In this document: one piece after another, positions 8,622-18,708 of the stretch
How positions within the stretch are numbered: position 1 is the first letter of the stretch
How the letters are laid out: each line of letters begins with the position of its first letter
From: Octopus sinensis
Taxonomy: Eukaryota
Direction of reading: 5' to 3'
Assembly: GCF_006345805.1 (NCBI RefSeq)
Contig: NW_021824454.1
Span: 1 to 19,914 of the forward strand
Length of the DNA stretch: 19,914 nt
Program-made: the position numbers and the translations under genes
Notes under the pieces: generated by a model
Databases searched by the model: none
What the model was told of the DNA's origin: nothing
Seen by the model: the letters and a program-made list of their open reading frames with translations, nothing else

Positions 8622-9215
8622 TATTATTAGAGAAGAACTGGAAATTCTTTGGATGATAGTAGCAGATAATCAGCATTATCTGTCAAAGATTTGGGGAAAA
8701 CTACATTAGAAATATTATAGATGCCTGGGAAGAATTTCAAGATGCATCTCTCTGTAGGGCTTGGGGGAAAAAAACAAACTTCGTTCATATGTGAAGGAAT
8801 GGGGGTTAGCGCATACAGCCGTCTTAACCAACAATAACCATGTACAAACGGTTAGAAAGTGGGATTTGAAGGAGGTGTGGTAGTTGATCTACCGGATTTC
8901 TTGACACAGCTCCATCTATGAAGGGCTTAAAGAACGTTTAGTTCAGACAGCTAAGAAGAGTTTCGTTCACAACAGGCTTTATAATGAGAACAACAGAGAT
9001 CTTACGTAAAAAGCCTTAATGAAGTAATTCGTATATTGGTGCGTTTCGGAAACATGATCCTAATTTTGAATAAACCATGAAAATGGAAAAGTGATCCGTA
9101 ATTTTAGAGCCGAGTTATTATAAGAAGATTTAGAGCTTCATATAAAGCAGGCAGAGCAGAGTATCGCAGACACATGTGAAAAATTTTAAAAAGAAGACTA
9201 AAGCAAATATAGAAC
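8622..9215 (+). mobile_element. Second Tigger/pogo fossil, C-terminal part
   Basis: IRNIIDAWEEFQDASLCRAWGK, VGFEGGVVVDLPDFL, RKHDPNFE*TMKMEK (cf. DPNFERSMKV); nucleotide similarity to 7580-7840. Confidence 0.7.
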
Positions 9216-9284
9216 CGTCTCCATTTTGTTTTATTGCATATTCTTTCTAATATTTTTTCATTTATTGCGTAAACTGAAGGCAAT

Positions 9285-9452
9285 ATGTATGCATGTGTAT
9301 GTATGTATGTGTGTGCGTTGTGTATATAACATATATATATATATTATATATATTATATATGGTGTGTGTGTGTGTGTGTGTGTTTACATATGTATATATA
9401 TATGTATGTATATATATATATATATATAATATATTATATATATGTATATACT
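9285..9452. repeat. Compound (TA)n/(TG)n microsatellite
   Basis: Direct reading. Confidence 0.93.
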
Positions 9453-11080
9453 TTGATAGGTTTCGGCCATTATTGGCCCAGGCCATGTCTAACTTAATAG
9501 CACCACCTGGTGAAGTCTTTCAAGTCAGAATTTTGGCACTATGGCCCACTCAAGTAGAGAGTTATTGTTTACAGAGACATATCCGGGTGTAGGGGGTTTA
9601 TCCGGGATTTCTTGAAGGAATCTGTCCAAAGACTTCTTGAACCCTATAGGGTCAGTTTCTGTTTTAATGTGTTTTGGTGTAATGTTAAAGAGAGCGGGGC
9701 CAATTGAGGTGAAATAATTGTGCCGTATTGTTGTTATGAGATGAGAGTGCGATTTTTGTTTTGGGCGGATGGCACGGGGCCCAAGCCTTGGATGTACCTT
9801 AAAGGTGATGCCAACATCATTTGGGCAATGCTGATGGAATATTTTCCACATCATGCAGATGATGTAGCGCTCACGACGACGTTGGAGAGAATAGAGTTTT
9901 AGCTTTTCTAGTCGACCCCAATAGTCGAGCCTGTCATGCCATCTATCTTTTTTGTGATTGCCCTTTGAGGTGCTTCAACTTTTATGATACCTTGTATTGT
10001 GTGGGGAGACCACAGTGGACAACAGTATATCAAGGTGGGGTCGGGCAAAAGTGGAAGAGAAGGATAATGTTGTGGATATCTCTCGACTGGAAAGTTCTGA
10101 GAATCCAGGAACACATTCTGCGGGCCATGTCAACTTTGGTGTTTATATGAGTGGCCCAGCTTACGTTGTTGTCCACAATTACTCCCAAGTCTCTGATGTT
10201 GTTGGACGCGCCGCGAAGTTTCACCTGAAGGAAGGGAGTATGGGAGTTTCAGGGCATCCTCTTTTCCAAAGTGGATTAGCTCAAATTTATCCTCGTTCAG
10301 CAGCATATTGTTTTTTTTCTGCCCATTGGATAACAGCCAGTAGATCTGACTGAAGGCATGTCCGTCACTCGCCTCATTTATGACCTTTTCTGTAGCTTGG
10401 AGTCATCTGCAAAGATTTTTATGTTGCTGTGCTCGATGATGTCATTAATGTCATTAATGTAAATGAAAAGAAGTGGGCCCAGCACAGTGCCTTGCGGAAC
10501 GCCACTACTGACTTTGGCTGGGCTTGATTTTACCCCTTCAACTACAACATGTGAGATCTGTCTGTCAGGAAACACTTAATCCATTTCAGTAACTTTCCAG
10601 AGACACCAATGTTGGATAGTTTTTTCAATAGGATCTTGTGATCGACCCTGTCGAAGGCCTTACTGAAATCAAGGTAGATGACATCGGTGTTGGAGCCCTC
10701 TCCCAAAGCTCTCAAAATGTCCTCAAAGTGATGCAGGAGCTGCGTTAGGCAGTCCCTTCCATTACGGAACCCATGTTGGTTGGAGATCAGCCGTCTGTTG
10801 CTTTCCAGAAATTGGGTTATTCGAGATCTCACCACCCTCTCAAATACCTTGATGATATGAGAGGTGAGTGAGATCGGACGGTAATTCACTGCAAGGGACT
10901 TGTTTCCCTTTTTGAAAACTGGGACAACAGACTGGGACAGAAGGTTTTTTGGAATATAGCCAGCATCCAGTGAGTTTCTCCACAGATTAGCAAGGGGAGA
11001 TGCAAGTTGGTGTCGACACACCTTCAGGACACAAGCAGGGAACCTATCGGGGCCTACTGCTGAATTGTGTTTTATTTCGT
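9449..11080 (-). mobile_element. 5'-truncated CR1/L2-group LINE (reverse transcriptase region plus 3' end), frameshifted
   Basis: HNSAVGPDRFPACVLK, NYRPISLTSHIIKVFER, QHGFRNGRDCLTQLL, IYLDFSKAFDRVDH, GVPQGTVLGPLLF, IFADDSKL, RDLGVIVDNNVSW, YCCPLWSP, LERRRER, DKPPTPGY..NNSLLEW. Short 3'UTR runs into (TA)n. Confidence 0.95.
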
Positions 11081-11120
<40 letters not shown>

Positions 11121-11168
11121 ATAAGTATATATATCTGTATATATATTGTATATATATATGTTGGTGTG

Positions 11169-11212
<44 letters not shown>
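11081..11212. repeat. (TA)n microsatellite at the LINE 5' truncation point
   Basis: Direct reading. Confidence 0.95.
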
Positions 11213-11217
<5 letters not shown>

Positions 11218-11534
11218 CAACTACATATAATTTTGTTGCAAGGATCATTTTCATATTAAGTGTGTAAACTTTTGGGATGGAATTACAGTTCCATATAATT
11301 TTCTTAAAATAAGTGCCATGCCTTTTTTCTTCTTTTTATTTAAGGGCATTATAAGTCTACGCTACTTTAAATAGGTATATATTGCTTTGAAAGTGTGAGA
11401 AAAATAATAATTAATAAAGTCGGCATAAAATCTATGATTTACCTTCCAAGAAGATATTATATTGTTTAATCAAAACATTGGCGCGTTTGTGTGGGCATAC
11501 ATACGTACGGAAGTAGCTATATGCATACTTATGT

Positions 11535-11573
11535 GTGTGTACACACACACACACACACATACACACAACACAG

Positions 11574-11667
<94 letters not shown>

Positions 11668-11749
11668 TATATGTGCCAGACAGTGGGACTGAACCTGGGA
11701 CCATGTGGTTAGGAAGCAAGCTACTTACCATACAGCCACTCCTGCGCCA

Positions 11750-11797
<48 letters not shown>

Positions 11798-11799
11798 TA

Positions 11800-11830
<31 letters not shown>

Positions 11831-12010
11831 CTATGCATGTATATATGTATGTAAGTATATATGTATGTATATACACATATATATATATATACAGTATGTG
11901 TGTGTATGCATTCATATACACATACATACATACATACATACATACTACATACATACATACATACACATACAATACATACATACATACATACATATATATA
12001 TATATATATG
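11535..12010. repeat. Compound (CA)n/(TA)n/(TACA)n microsatellite block surrounding a SINE head
   Basis: Direct reading. Confidence 0.92.
11673..11748 (-). mobile_element. tRNA-derived SINE head only (second family)
   Basis: Minus strand GGCGCAGGAGTGGCTGTATGGTAAGTAGCTTGCTTCCTAACCACATGGTCCCAGGTTCAGTCCCACTG: box A TGGCTGTATGG, box B GGTTCAGTCCC; homologous to 16261-16346. Confidence 0.85.
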
Positions 12011-12407
12011 CACAACAATGTATACGATAAAACCAAAGAAAAAAATGGCTGATAATAAAAAGAAAATCTAAAAAAAAAAAGTATTTTCCCCAAGCGCAAC
12101 CACATGTTTGAAATGTTCTCAGAGCTGTCTTACACTTCACGTGTTATTAATTATCATAATACAACTTGCCAAGGGAAAATCCCTTCCTATATCATTCGCA
12201 GTAGATTTCTTGCCTCACAATTTTGAATTCCTATTTTTCCCAGATTTTCCGCCAAGAAACATTAGGGAAAGTAAAGAACGAGTGGACGTTTTCTTATTTT
12301 TTAATTATTTTTTAAAATTATTCTTTGCATATAATACATTAGAAGAAAGAAATAGATATTTGTATGAGATCAGCCAAATTGACATATATATATATATGCA
12401 TGCATAT

Positions 12408-13072
12408 CAGTGGCGTGCGGTGAGTTCTGACGTACGTTATGCAATAAATACTTGGCACACATGGCGGAGTCGTGACCCCAGCCCTTCCTTCTTCCTTTAA
12501 AAAGGTTTTTTTTTTGTTTTTTACGGAAACCCATGTTTTCGGCTTTGGAGATTCCGATTCTGAAAAACATTGTCGAAAATCGCAACTTAAAAATTTCGAT
12601 ACAGATAATAATTTCAAAACTTACGACAGAGCGAAATAGACATTCCAAAGTCACGGCAGCATTTGATTAATTTGATTAACTAAAAAGTATGGAGTTGTTG
12701 ATATGTTTTGGTCAGAATATTTTACAGGTCAAAAAGTGAAACCCGTTAGCGACATCAATTACAATGAAAGCCAAAGTATGCATGCATGCGTTTTACTGAA
12801 AGCATATCGAGATATTGAAAATGATAGTTATTGAAAGGATGGGGCAAAGATTTCATATGCGTTTTTCTTTAAGCATGCCTACAGGAAGCAAGATGGAAAC
12901 ACTGAGTATTATTAATCTGGACGGGTTACCTTTGAAACAAAGTAACTATTTTAGCACAGTTTTTCTATAATTTGGACAACTTTTCAATGTTGTTATAAAT
13001 ACATAACGTTCTTAAAATAGTTTTTGAGTTATATGCAGAGTATGACTAGCATGAAGCAACTGCACGCCACTG
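12408..13072. mobile_element. Non-autonomous TIR element, hAT-like (665 bp), copy 1
   Basis: Perfect 11-bp TIR CAGTGGCGTGC...GCACGCCACTG. Flanking 8-mers ATGCATAT / ATAAAGAT match only 5/8. No convincing transposase remnant read. Confidence 0.75.
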
Positions 13073-13660
13073 ATAAAGATAGATAGATAGATAGATAGAT
13101 ACATACATACATACATACATCATACATACATACATACATACATACATACATACATTCATACATACATACATACATACCATACATACATACATACATACAT
13201 ACATACATACATACATACATACATACTAACATACATACATACATATATATATATATATGCACAACAATGTATACGATAAAACCAAAGAAAAAAATGGCTG
13301 ATAATAAAAAGAAAATCTAAAAAAAAAAAGTATTTTCCCCAAGCGCAACCACATGTTTGAAATGTTCTCAGAGCTGTCTTACACTTCACGTGTTATTAAT
13401 TATCATAATACAACTTGCCAAGGGAGGAAATCCCTTCCTATATCATTCGCAGTAGATTTCTTGCCTCACAATTTTGAATTCCTATTTTTCCCAGATTTTC
13501 CGCCAAGAAACATTAGGGAAAGTAAAGAACGAGTGGACGTTTTCTTATTTTTTAATTATTTTTTAAAATTATTCTTTGCATATAATACATTAGAAGAAAG
13601 AAATAGATATTTGTATGAGATCAGCCAAATTGACATATATATATATATATGCATGCATAT

Positions 13661-14324
13661 CAGTGGCGTGCGGTGAGTTCTGACGTACGTTATGCAATAA
13701 ATACTTGGCACACATGGCGGAGTCGTGACCCCAGCCCTTCCTTCTTCCTTTAAAAAGGTTTTTTTTTGTTTTTTACGGAAACCCATGTTTTCGGCTTTGG
13801 AGATTCCGATTCTGAAAAACATTGTCGAAAATCGCAACTTAAAAATTTCGATACAGATAATAATTTCAAAACTTACGACAGAGCGAAATAGACATTCCAA
13901 AGTCACGGCAGCATTTGATTAATTTGATTAACTAAAAAGTATGGAGTTGTTGATATGTTTTGGTCAGAATATTTTACAGGTCAAAAAGTGAAACCCGTTA
14001 GCGACATCAATTACAATGAAAGCCAAAGTATGCATGCATGCGTTTTACTGAAAGCATATCGAGATATTGAAAATGATAGTTATTGAAAGGATGGGGCAAA
14101 GATTTCATATGCGTTTTTCTTTAAGCATGCCTACAGGAAGCAAGATGGAAACACTGAGTATTATTAATCTGGACGGGTTACCTTTGAAACAAAGTAACTA
14201 TTTTAGCACAGTTTTTCTATAATTTGGACAACTTTTCAATGTTGTTATAAATACATAACGTTCTTAAAATAGTTTTTGAGTTATATGCAGAGTATGACTA
14301 GCATGAAGCAACTGCACGCCACTG
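13661..14324. mobile_element. Same hAT-like TIR element, copy 2 (inside the duplication)
   Basis: Same TIRs and same flanks as copy 1. Confidence 0.75.
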
Positions 14325-14469
14325 ATAAAGATAGATAGATAGATAGATAGATACATACATACATACATACATACATACATACATACATACATACATACAT
14401 ACATACATACATACATACATACATACATACATACATACATACAAACATACATACATACATACATACATA

Positions 14470-14600
14470 GCAAAAGAGACCGATAGAATAAGTACTAGGC
14501 TTACAAAGAATAAGTCCTGGGGTCGATTTGCTCGACTAAAGGCGGTGCTCCAGCATGGCCACAGTCAAATGACTGAAACAAGTAAAAGAGTAAAAGAGTA
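14470..14600 (+). mobile_element. 3' portion of an octopus-type SINE
   Basis: ATAAGTACTAGG...CCTGGGGTCGATT...GGCGGTGCTCCAGCATGGCCACAGTCAAATGACTGAAACAAGTAAAAGAGTAAAAGAG: recognised from memory as a common SINE core/tail ending in a short AAAAGAGT repeat. Confidence 0.7.
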
Positions 14601-14663
14601 TACATACATACATACATACATACATACATAGGTAGGTAGGTAGGTAGGTAGGTAGGTAGGTAG
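14601..14663. repeat. (TACA)n followed by (TAGG)n microsatellite
   Basis: Direct reading; abuts the LINE 3' end. Confidence 0.93.
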
Positions 14664-14666
14664 ATA

Positions 14667-16206
14667 TTTTTCTTTATTAGCCACACAGGGCTGCACACAG
14701 ACAGGACAGATTACAAAGTAGAGCTTTTCTCTTTGGGGAAAAAAGAAAAAAAAGAAAGAAAAAGTGGGGTAGGTTTTCGATCAAAAGGGATTGTAAAAGG
14801 GAAACAAAAAAAAAGAATAAACGATCAATAGGGATTGTGTATCACAGAATTGTCATGGTGTAAAGTGTAAAGGGGGAAGTAGATAAGATTTATCCGTGGA
14901 AAGAAAAGCCTACGGAAAATACCACGGTAACCTCGGTCAATAATGTCACATGTTAACACATTTGTTTGCATGTAGGTACCTCTGTTTTAAATTTTTCCGG
15001 GTTCATAGGATTATGCTCAAGGTGGCTTCGTCATTCATACATGCCATCCTTGCCACATTCACCCATCTTTTTTTGAAAATTCGCTAGACAAAACTCGCCT
15101 CTCTACTCTCACTTTCCTTTTCAAGAGATACTTGAAGAAGTTGATGAGAGATTGACCAGAGAGGAAAGTGTTTGTCTTTAATCCTTTTAGACGCGTCCAC
15201 CAGATACATTCTTTCTCCATAGCCACAAGAATGATGAAAATAGCTCTTCCTTTCCGTTTGAAGGAAGGAGGCGTGACAATATTGACGATAGACTCGGCTG
15301 ATAAACTGACTCGTCCCACACGTGACAGCAGTTGTTCGACATAAGCCCACAGGTCGGAAATGGTTGGACACTGCACGAGTGCATGCAGAACGGTTTCGTC
15401 GCTCTGGTCGCATCTCAGGCAGGTTGGCCCCGTGTTTCTCGAGCCGTCTTTAGAGCTTATCCCGAACGGGTAGCGCTTCTCGGTAGAACTGCCAGGCCAG
15501 GGATCTCTGGAAGCTGTCCATGGGTCCTGGCCCGAAAGTCGTCCCGAACAGGCGGGTCAGGTATTTCTCGTCGACGTCTATGTTCGCCCCGAGCTCGTCG
15601 TCGTACCTCCCCTCCACTAATCCCTATAGAATGTTTTGGTTGTGTTGAAGTCACTCAAGATCGACTCGGAACGGCATAGTTGCTTGAGAGCAACGCGACA
15701 CTCGCGGTGCCATTCGCCCTCTCTCGGCTTCTTTTTGATCCACGACTGCAGTTTGGTCATGGAGAAGAGTTGCGGGAAAGCGTGCCTCACAAACGGCGAC
15801 CACACCTGTTCACTGTCGTCTACGTAGAGCCGGAGATGTCGCAGTCTCAGCACGTGTCTGCGCATCATCAACCACGACATTCCCAGCCCTCCTTTTAACG
15901 GGTGTTGACAGCAAATGGATCGCCTGACCATCGAAACGCATCCTTTCCACAAGAAGCGAAAGAGAATGCGTTCTAGTTTGGTGATGGTAGAATCGGGGCA
16001 AGGCACGACGGTCAGGTGGTAGTAGATGACGGACACAATGTACGTGTTAGCCACCTCCGCCCGACCTTTTAGGGACAGTTTCCTATCGGGCCATTGCCGG
16101 GCGAGTGTGACCACCCTACTCTTTATCTCGTTCAAGTTCTACTCCATTTGGAGGTCCGGACCAAACCAGACCCCGAGCAACTCGACAGGACCGTCGGTCC
16201 AGCGTG
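14667..16206 (-). mobile_element. 5'-truncated L1/Tx1-clade LINE (ORF2 C-terminal half with CCHC zinc finger, 3'UTR, polyA signal)
   Basis: RWTDGPVELLGVWFG, W.DRKLSLKGRAEVANTYI.S.IYY, FRFLWKG, HPLKGGLGM; zinc finger C..C...DETVLHA(L)VQCP across frameshifts; ORF ends ...RWVNVARM...IIL* near 15003; AATAAA at 14678-14673. Confidence 0.93.
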
Positions 16207-16260
16207 CCAAATTTATTCACAAGGTTTTGGTCAGTCCGAGATTATAGTAGAAGATCCGGC

Positions 16261-16346
16261 GCAGTGGATTTAACCAGGAACCATGTGGTTAGGAACCATG
16301 TGGTTAGGAAGCAAAGCTTCTTACCACTGAGCCACGCTTGCGCCTA
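16261..16346 (-). mobile_element. tRNA-derived SINE head with an internal 15-bp tandem duplication
   Basis: Box A TGGCTCAGTGG and box B GGTTAAATCC on the minus strand; AGGAACCATGTGGTT at 16276-16290 and 16291-16305. Confidence 0.8.
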
Positions 16347-16448
16347 TGAACGGGTAAACTTGACTGGCGGGGCGGGGGGGGGCATTCTTACGTTTGCTTG
16401 CACTGTAGGGGTCACAGTATACTTGCGAGGACAATAAGTATTTCTTAG

Positions 16449-16523
16449 ATTGGAATGACATGGCTCCGAAGTACGTGTAATTTGTCAGCAATTATTCGCA
16501 AAATACATGATATAAACCGGAAG
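16449..16523 (+). other. Candidate 75-nt exon
   Basis: TTTCTTAG acceptor, consensus AAG|GTAAGT donor, and an open phase-0 frame IGMTWLRSTCNLSAIIRKIHDINRK. No homology recognised. Confidence 0.3.
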
Positions 16524-16574
16524 GTAAGTGGAAGGTTCGGTTGAGCGGAATTAAAGGATACCAATTTAAAATGC

Positions 16575-16606
<32 letters not shown>

Positions 16607-16731
16607 GTAAATAAATATGTTAAACTATGAAGTAAGATTTGAAATGGTTCTCACAGTATTATTTTTAGCAGGTCATTGTAAAGTAAATGGTTGACCTTTC
16701 TCTATTTGGAAACGCATCCATGTACAATAAA

Positions 16732-16745
16732 TACTTCCGGAAGTA
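16732..16745. promoter_or_regulatory. Perfect palindrome TACTTCCGGAAGTA (overlapping inverted ETS cores)
   Basis: 14-bp palindrome read directly; CCGGAAGT is the ETS consensus. Confidence 0.3.
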
Positions 16746-17233
16746 CTAGATTAGTATCGTTAGCTTCCTGCGTTCCACTTGACACTGGCGTCTTCCCTGC
16801 ACCACCGCCACAACCATCTCCATATGTACACAAAAACACTCACAAACACACACACACATATATATATACTCTCTGTCTCTGTCTCTCTCTCTCTATCTAT
16901 CTATCTCTCTCTCTCTCTCTCCCACCGCATCGTTTTTCTCTGGCGCGCTCAGAATCGATTACGTCATCATTCAAGCGGCATAAAGTCTACACTGCCGCCG
17001 GCACCACCATCACAGATACAGCAACCGGTTCCTTATTTATATACAAACATCAGTTTTATAATTACAACCAACAACACCACTAACAACAAACGAACGAAAA
17101 TGCGCGGGAAAGACTCCGTGCGCTCACCTGTATCGCTTATAAAAATCAACAAATCACGTCACCAAGGCCCATGTTGTAGTACTTAGGGCAGCTATTCTCA
17201 ACCAGGGCCTAGATCACCCTTGGCGGTCCATAT

Positions 17234-17519
17234 TGTTTGTTTGTTCCTTCTCGAGCCATGCCTGGCTCATAAGGCGTATAGGTTCCCCACCTGGACAGGA
17301 CGCCGCTCGTCGCAGGAGAGCTGCAAACTGCAGGAGGAAAGAGTTAGAGAAAGTTGTGGCGAAAGAGTCAGTAGAAGTTCGCCTTTACCTTCTGTCGGAG
17401 CCGCGTGGAGCTTAGGTGCTTTTGTTCATAAACACACACATCACCCGGTCTGAGATTCGAACCCGCGATCCCTCGACCGCGAGTCCGCTGCTCTAACCAC
17501 TAGGCCATGTGCCTCCACA
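17234..17519 (-). mobile_element. Full-length tRNA-derived SINE (OR-type) with 9-bp TSD
   Basis: Box A TGGCCTAGTGG, box B GGTTCGAATCT, (AAAC)n tail; GGTCCATAT at 17225-17233 and 17520-17528. Confidence 0.93.
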
Positions 17520-17610
17520 GGTCCATATGACCTTCGGAGGTTCATATAAGATTTTGCTGCTGAAATTTGATGTTCAATGAATTGGTGACACTTCTACAAT
17601 ATATAAAATA

Positions 17611-18512
17611 TGATTGATCTGATCAATAAGTAATAGAACTGTTGCCATAGTAACGAAGCTAAAGCACGCAGAGTGAAGTCGCTAGGCACAGACTGATCTT
17701 GAACTTTGCTGTGCATGCGCACTAGGTTTTAACGTTCTAGCTATCTTTCGCTCTTTACAGCACTGCTTGGAATTAACGTTTGTAGCGAGTGATCGTCGCT
17801 TTGAAAATGACAGAGAAAGTTGAGCAGAAAATTTGCATCAAATTTTGCCAAAGGCTTGGAGATACCTGTTCAGACACCTACGCAAACTGTTTAAGAAGTT
17901 TTCATCGTTCTCGACAAAATCAAAGAGATCTTGCGCAACTGAAACCTGAGTGTCTCTTTGGTCAGCTGAAAGCAGCTTTGGCACAAACTTGGCAGACACG
18001 CGTCCCATACCCAAATTTTCATTGATAATGGACTGAACTGACCCGTAACTAATCTGCACATTCTCTGATAACTCATGAATGGTGATTCGACGATTTCTCC
18101 CTGCAGTAGCACGCAGATCTACAATGCTGATATTTTTCTCAGTTTTGCCGGTTGCGGGCCTCCCAGAACGTTCGTCAATATCGACATTTTTCGGCCATCT
18201 TGGAAACGTCTGGACCACTCGTACACTTGTGTACAACGCATAAACTCCTCTCCATACACTTTCTGCAACTTTGCGTAGGCCTCTGAGCAGCTATCGCCAT
18301 GAGAACTTTTTCTGTCGTGGTCAATGCGACGATCACTCGCTACACACGTTACTTCCAAGCTCTGCTGTAAACAGTGGAAGTGAGCTAGAATGTTAAAACT
18401 TAGTGCACATGCACAGCAGGGATCAGGGTCAGTCTCTGCCAAGCGGCTTTACTCTGTGTGCTTTAGCTTCTTTACTATGGCAACAGTCCGGATGTTTATT
18501 GATCAGACCTCG
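17611..18512. mobile_element. Mariner fold-back element built from two left ends (TIR + 5'UTR + transposase N-terminus), joined tail-to-tail
   Basis: 17611-17886 (+, ATG 17807, MTEKVEQKICIKFCQRLG) aligns to the reverse complement of 18270-18512. The minus copy continues through the HTH (VYEWSRRF, IDERSGRP, RRITIHEL, RVSAKFVPKLL) to ENFLNS and stops before the catalytic domain. TA at 17609-17610 and 18513-18514. Confidence 0.88.
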
Positions 18513-18708
18513 TATTAACATTTTTTATACAATTCGTAACTGTATTTAAATATAAAAATATAATAGGACTTTGAAAGCATCGAAATGACTTTGGGTACCC
18601 ATGCGAATGAAAAGGAATCAAAAGGATCCAGTGGCAAAAATAGTTTGGAAGCACTGCATTTGATGATGTTGAGTTAACGTCCATGAAGACGCGTATTCCA
18701 TTCTCTAA

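Larger units (their letters stand above)
12006..14468. repeat. Tandem segmental duplication, two ~1.25 kb units each ending in (GATA)n(TACA)n
   Basis: Unique parts 12010-13075 and 13259-14327 have offset 1249 at the start and 1252 at the end. Differences found by hand: a 2-bp indel (GGGAAAATCC vs GGGAGGAAATCC), one TA unit and one T in a homopolymer. Confidence 0.96.
17189..18656 (+). mobile_element. hAT (Charlie-like) MITE hosting a nested SINE and a nested mariner fold-back
   Basis: Degenerate TIRs CAGCTATTCTCAACC and AGTTTGGAAGCACTG. Internal GAGGTTCATATAAGATTTT and the right-end segment resemble the 6731-7052 MITE. No TSD found. Confidence 0.6.

Noticed and set aside
12108-12500. 130-aa ORF (and its duplicate at 13353-13676) with a possible acceptor at 12243
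   Set aside because: F/L/I-biased AT-rich translation that crosses a TA run and a transposon end; the donor is weak and no homology was recognised.
12006-14468. CRISPR-like or programmed repeat array
   Set aside because: Only two long units with microsatellite spacers; no short repeat-spacer periodicity and no cas genes.
17400-17518. tRNA gene (also at 6393, 11673 and 16261)
   Set aside because: Box A and B are present, but there is no complete cloverleaf and the heads continue into SINE bodies with TSDs or are truncated.
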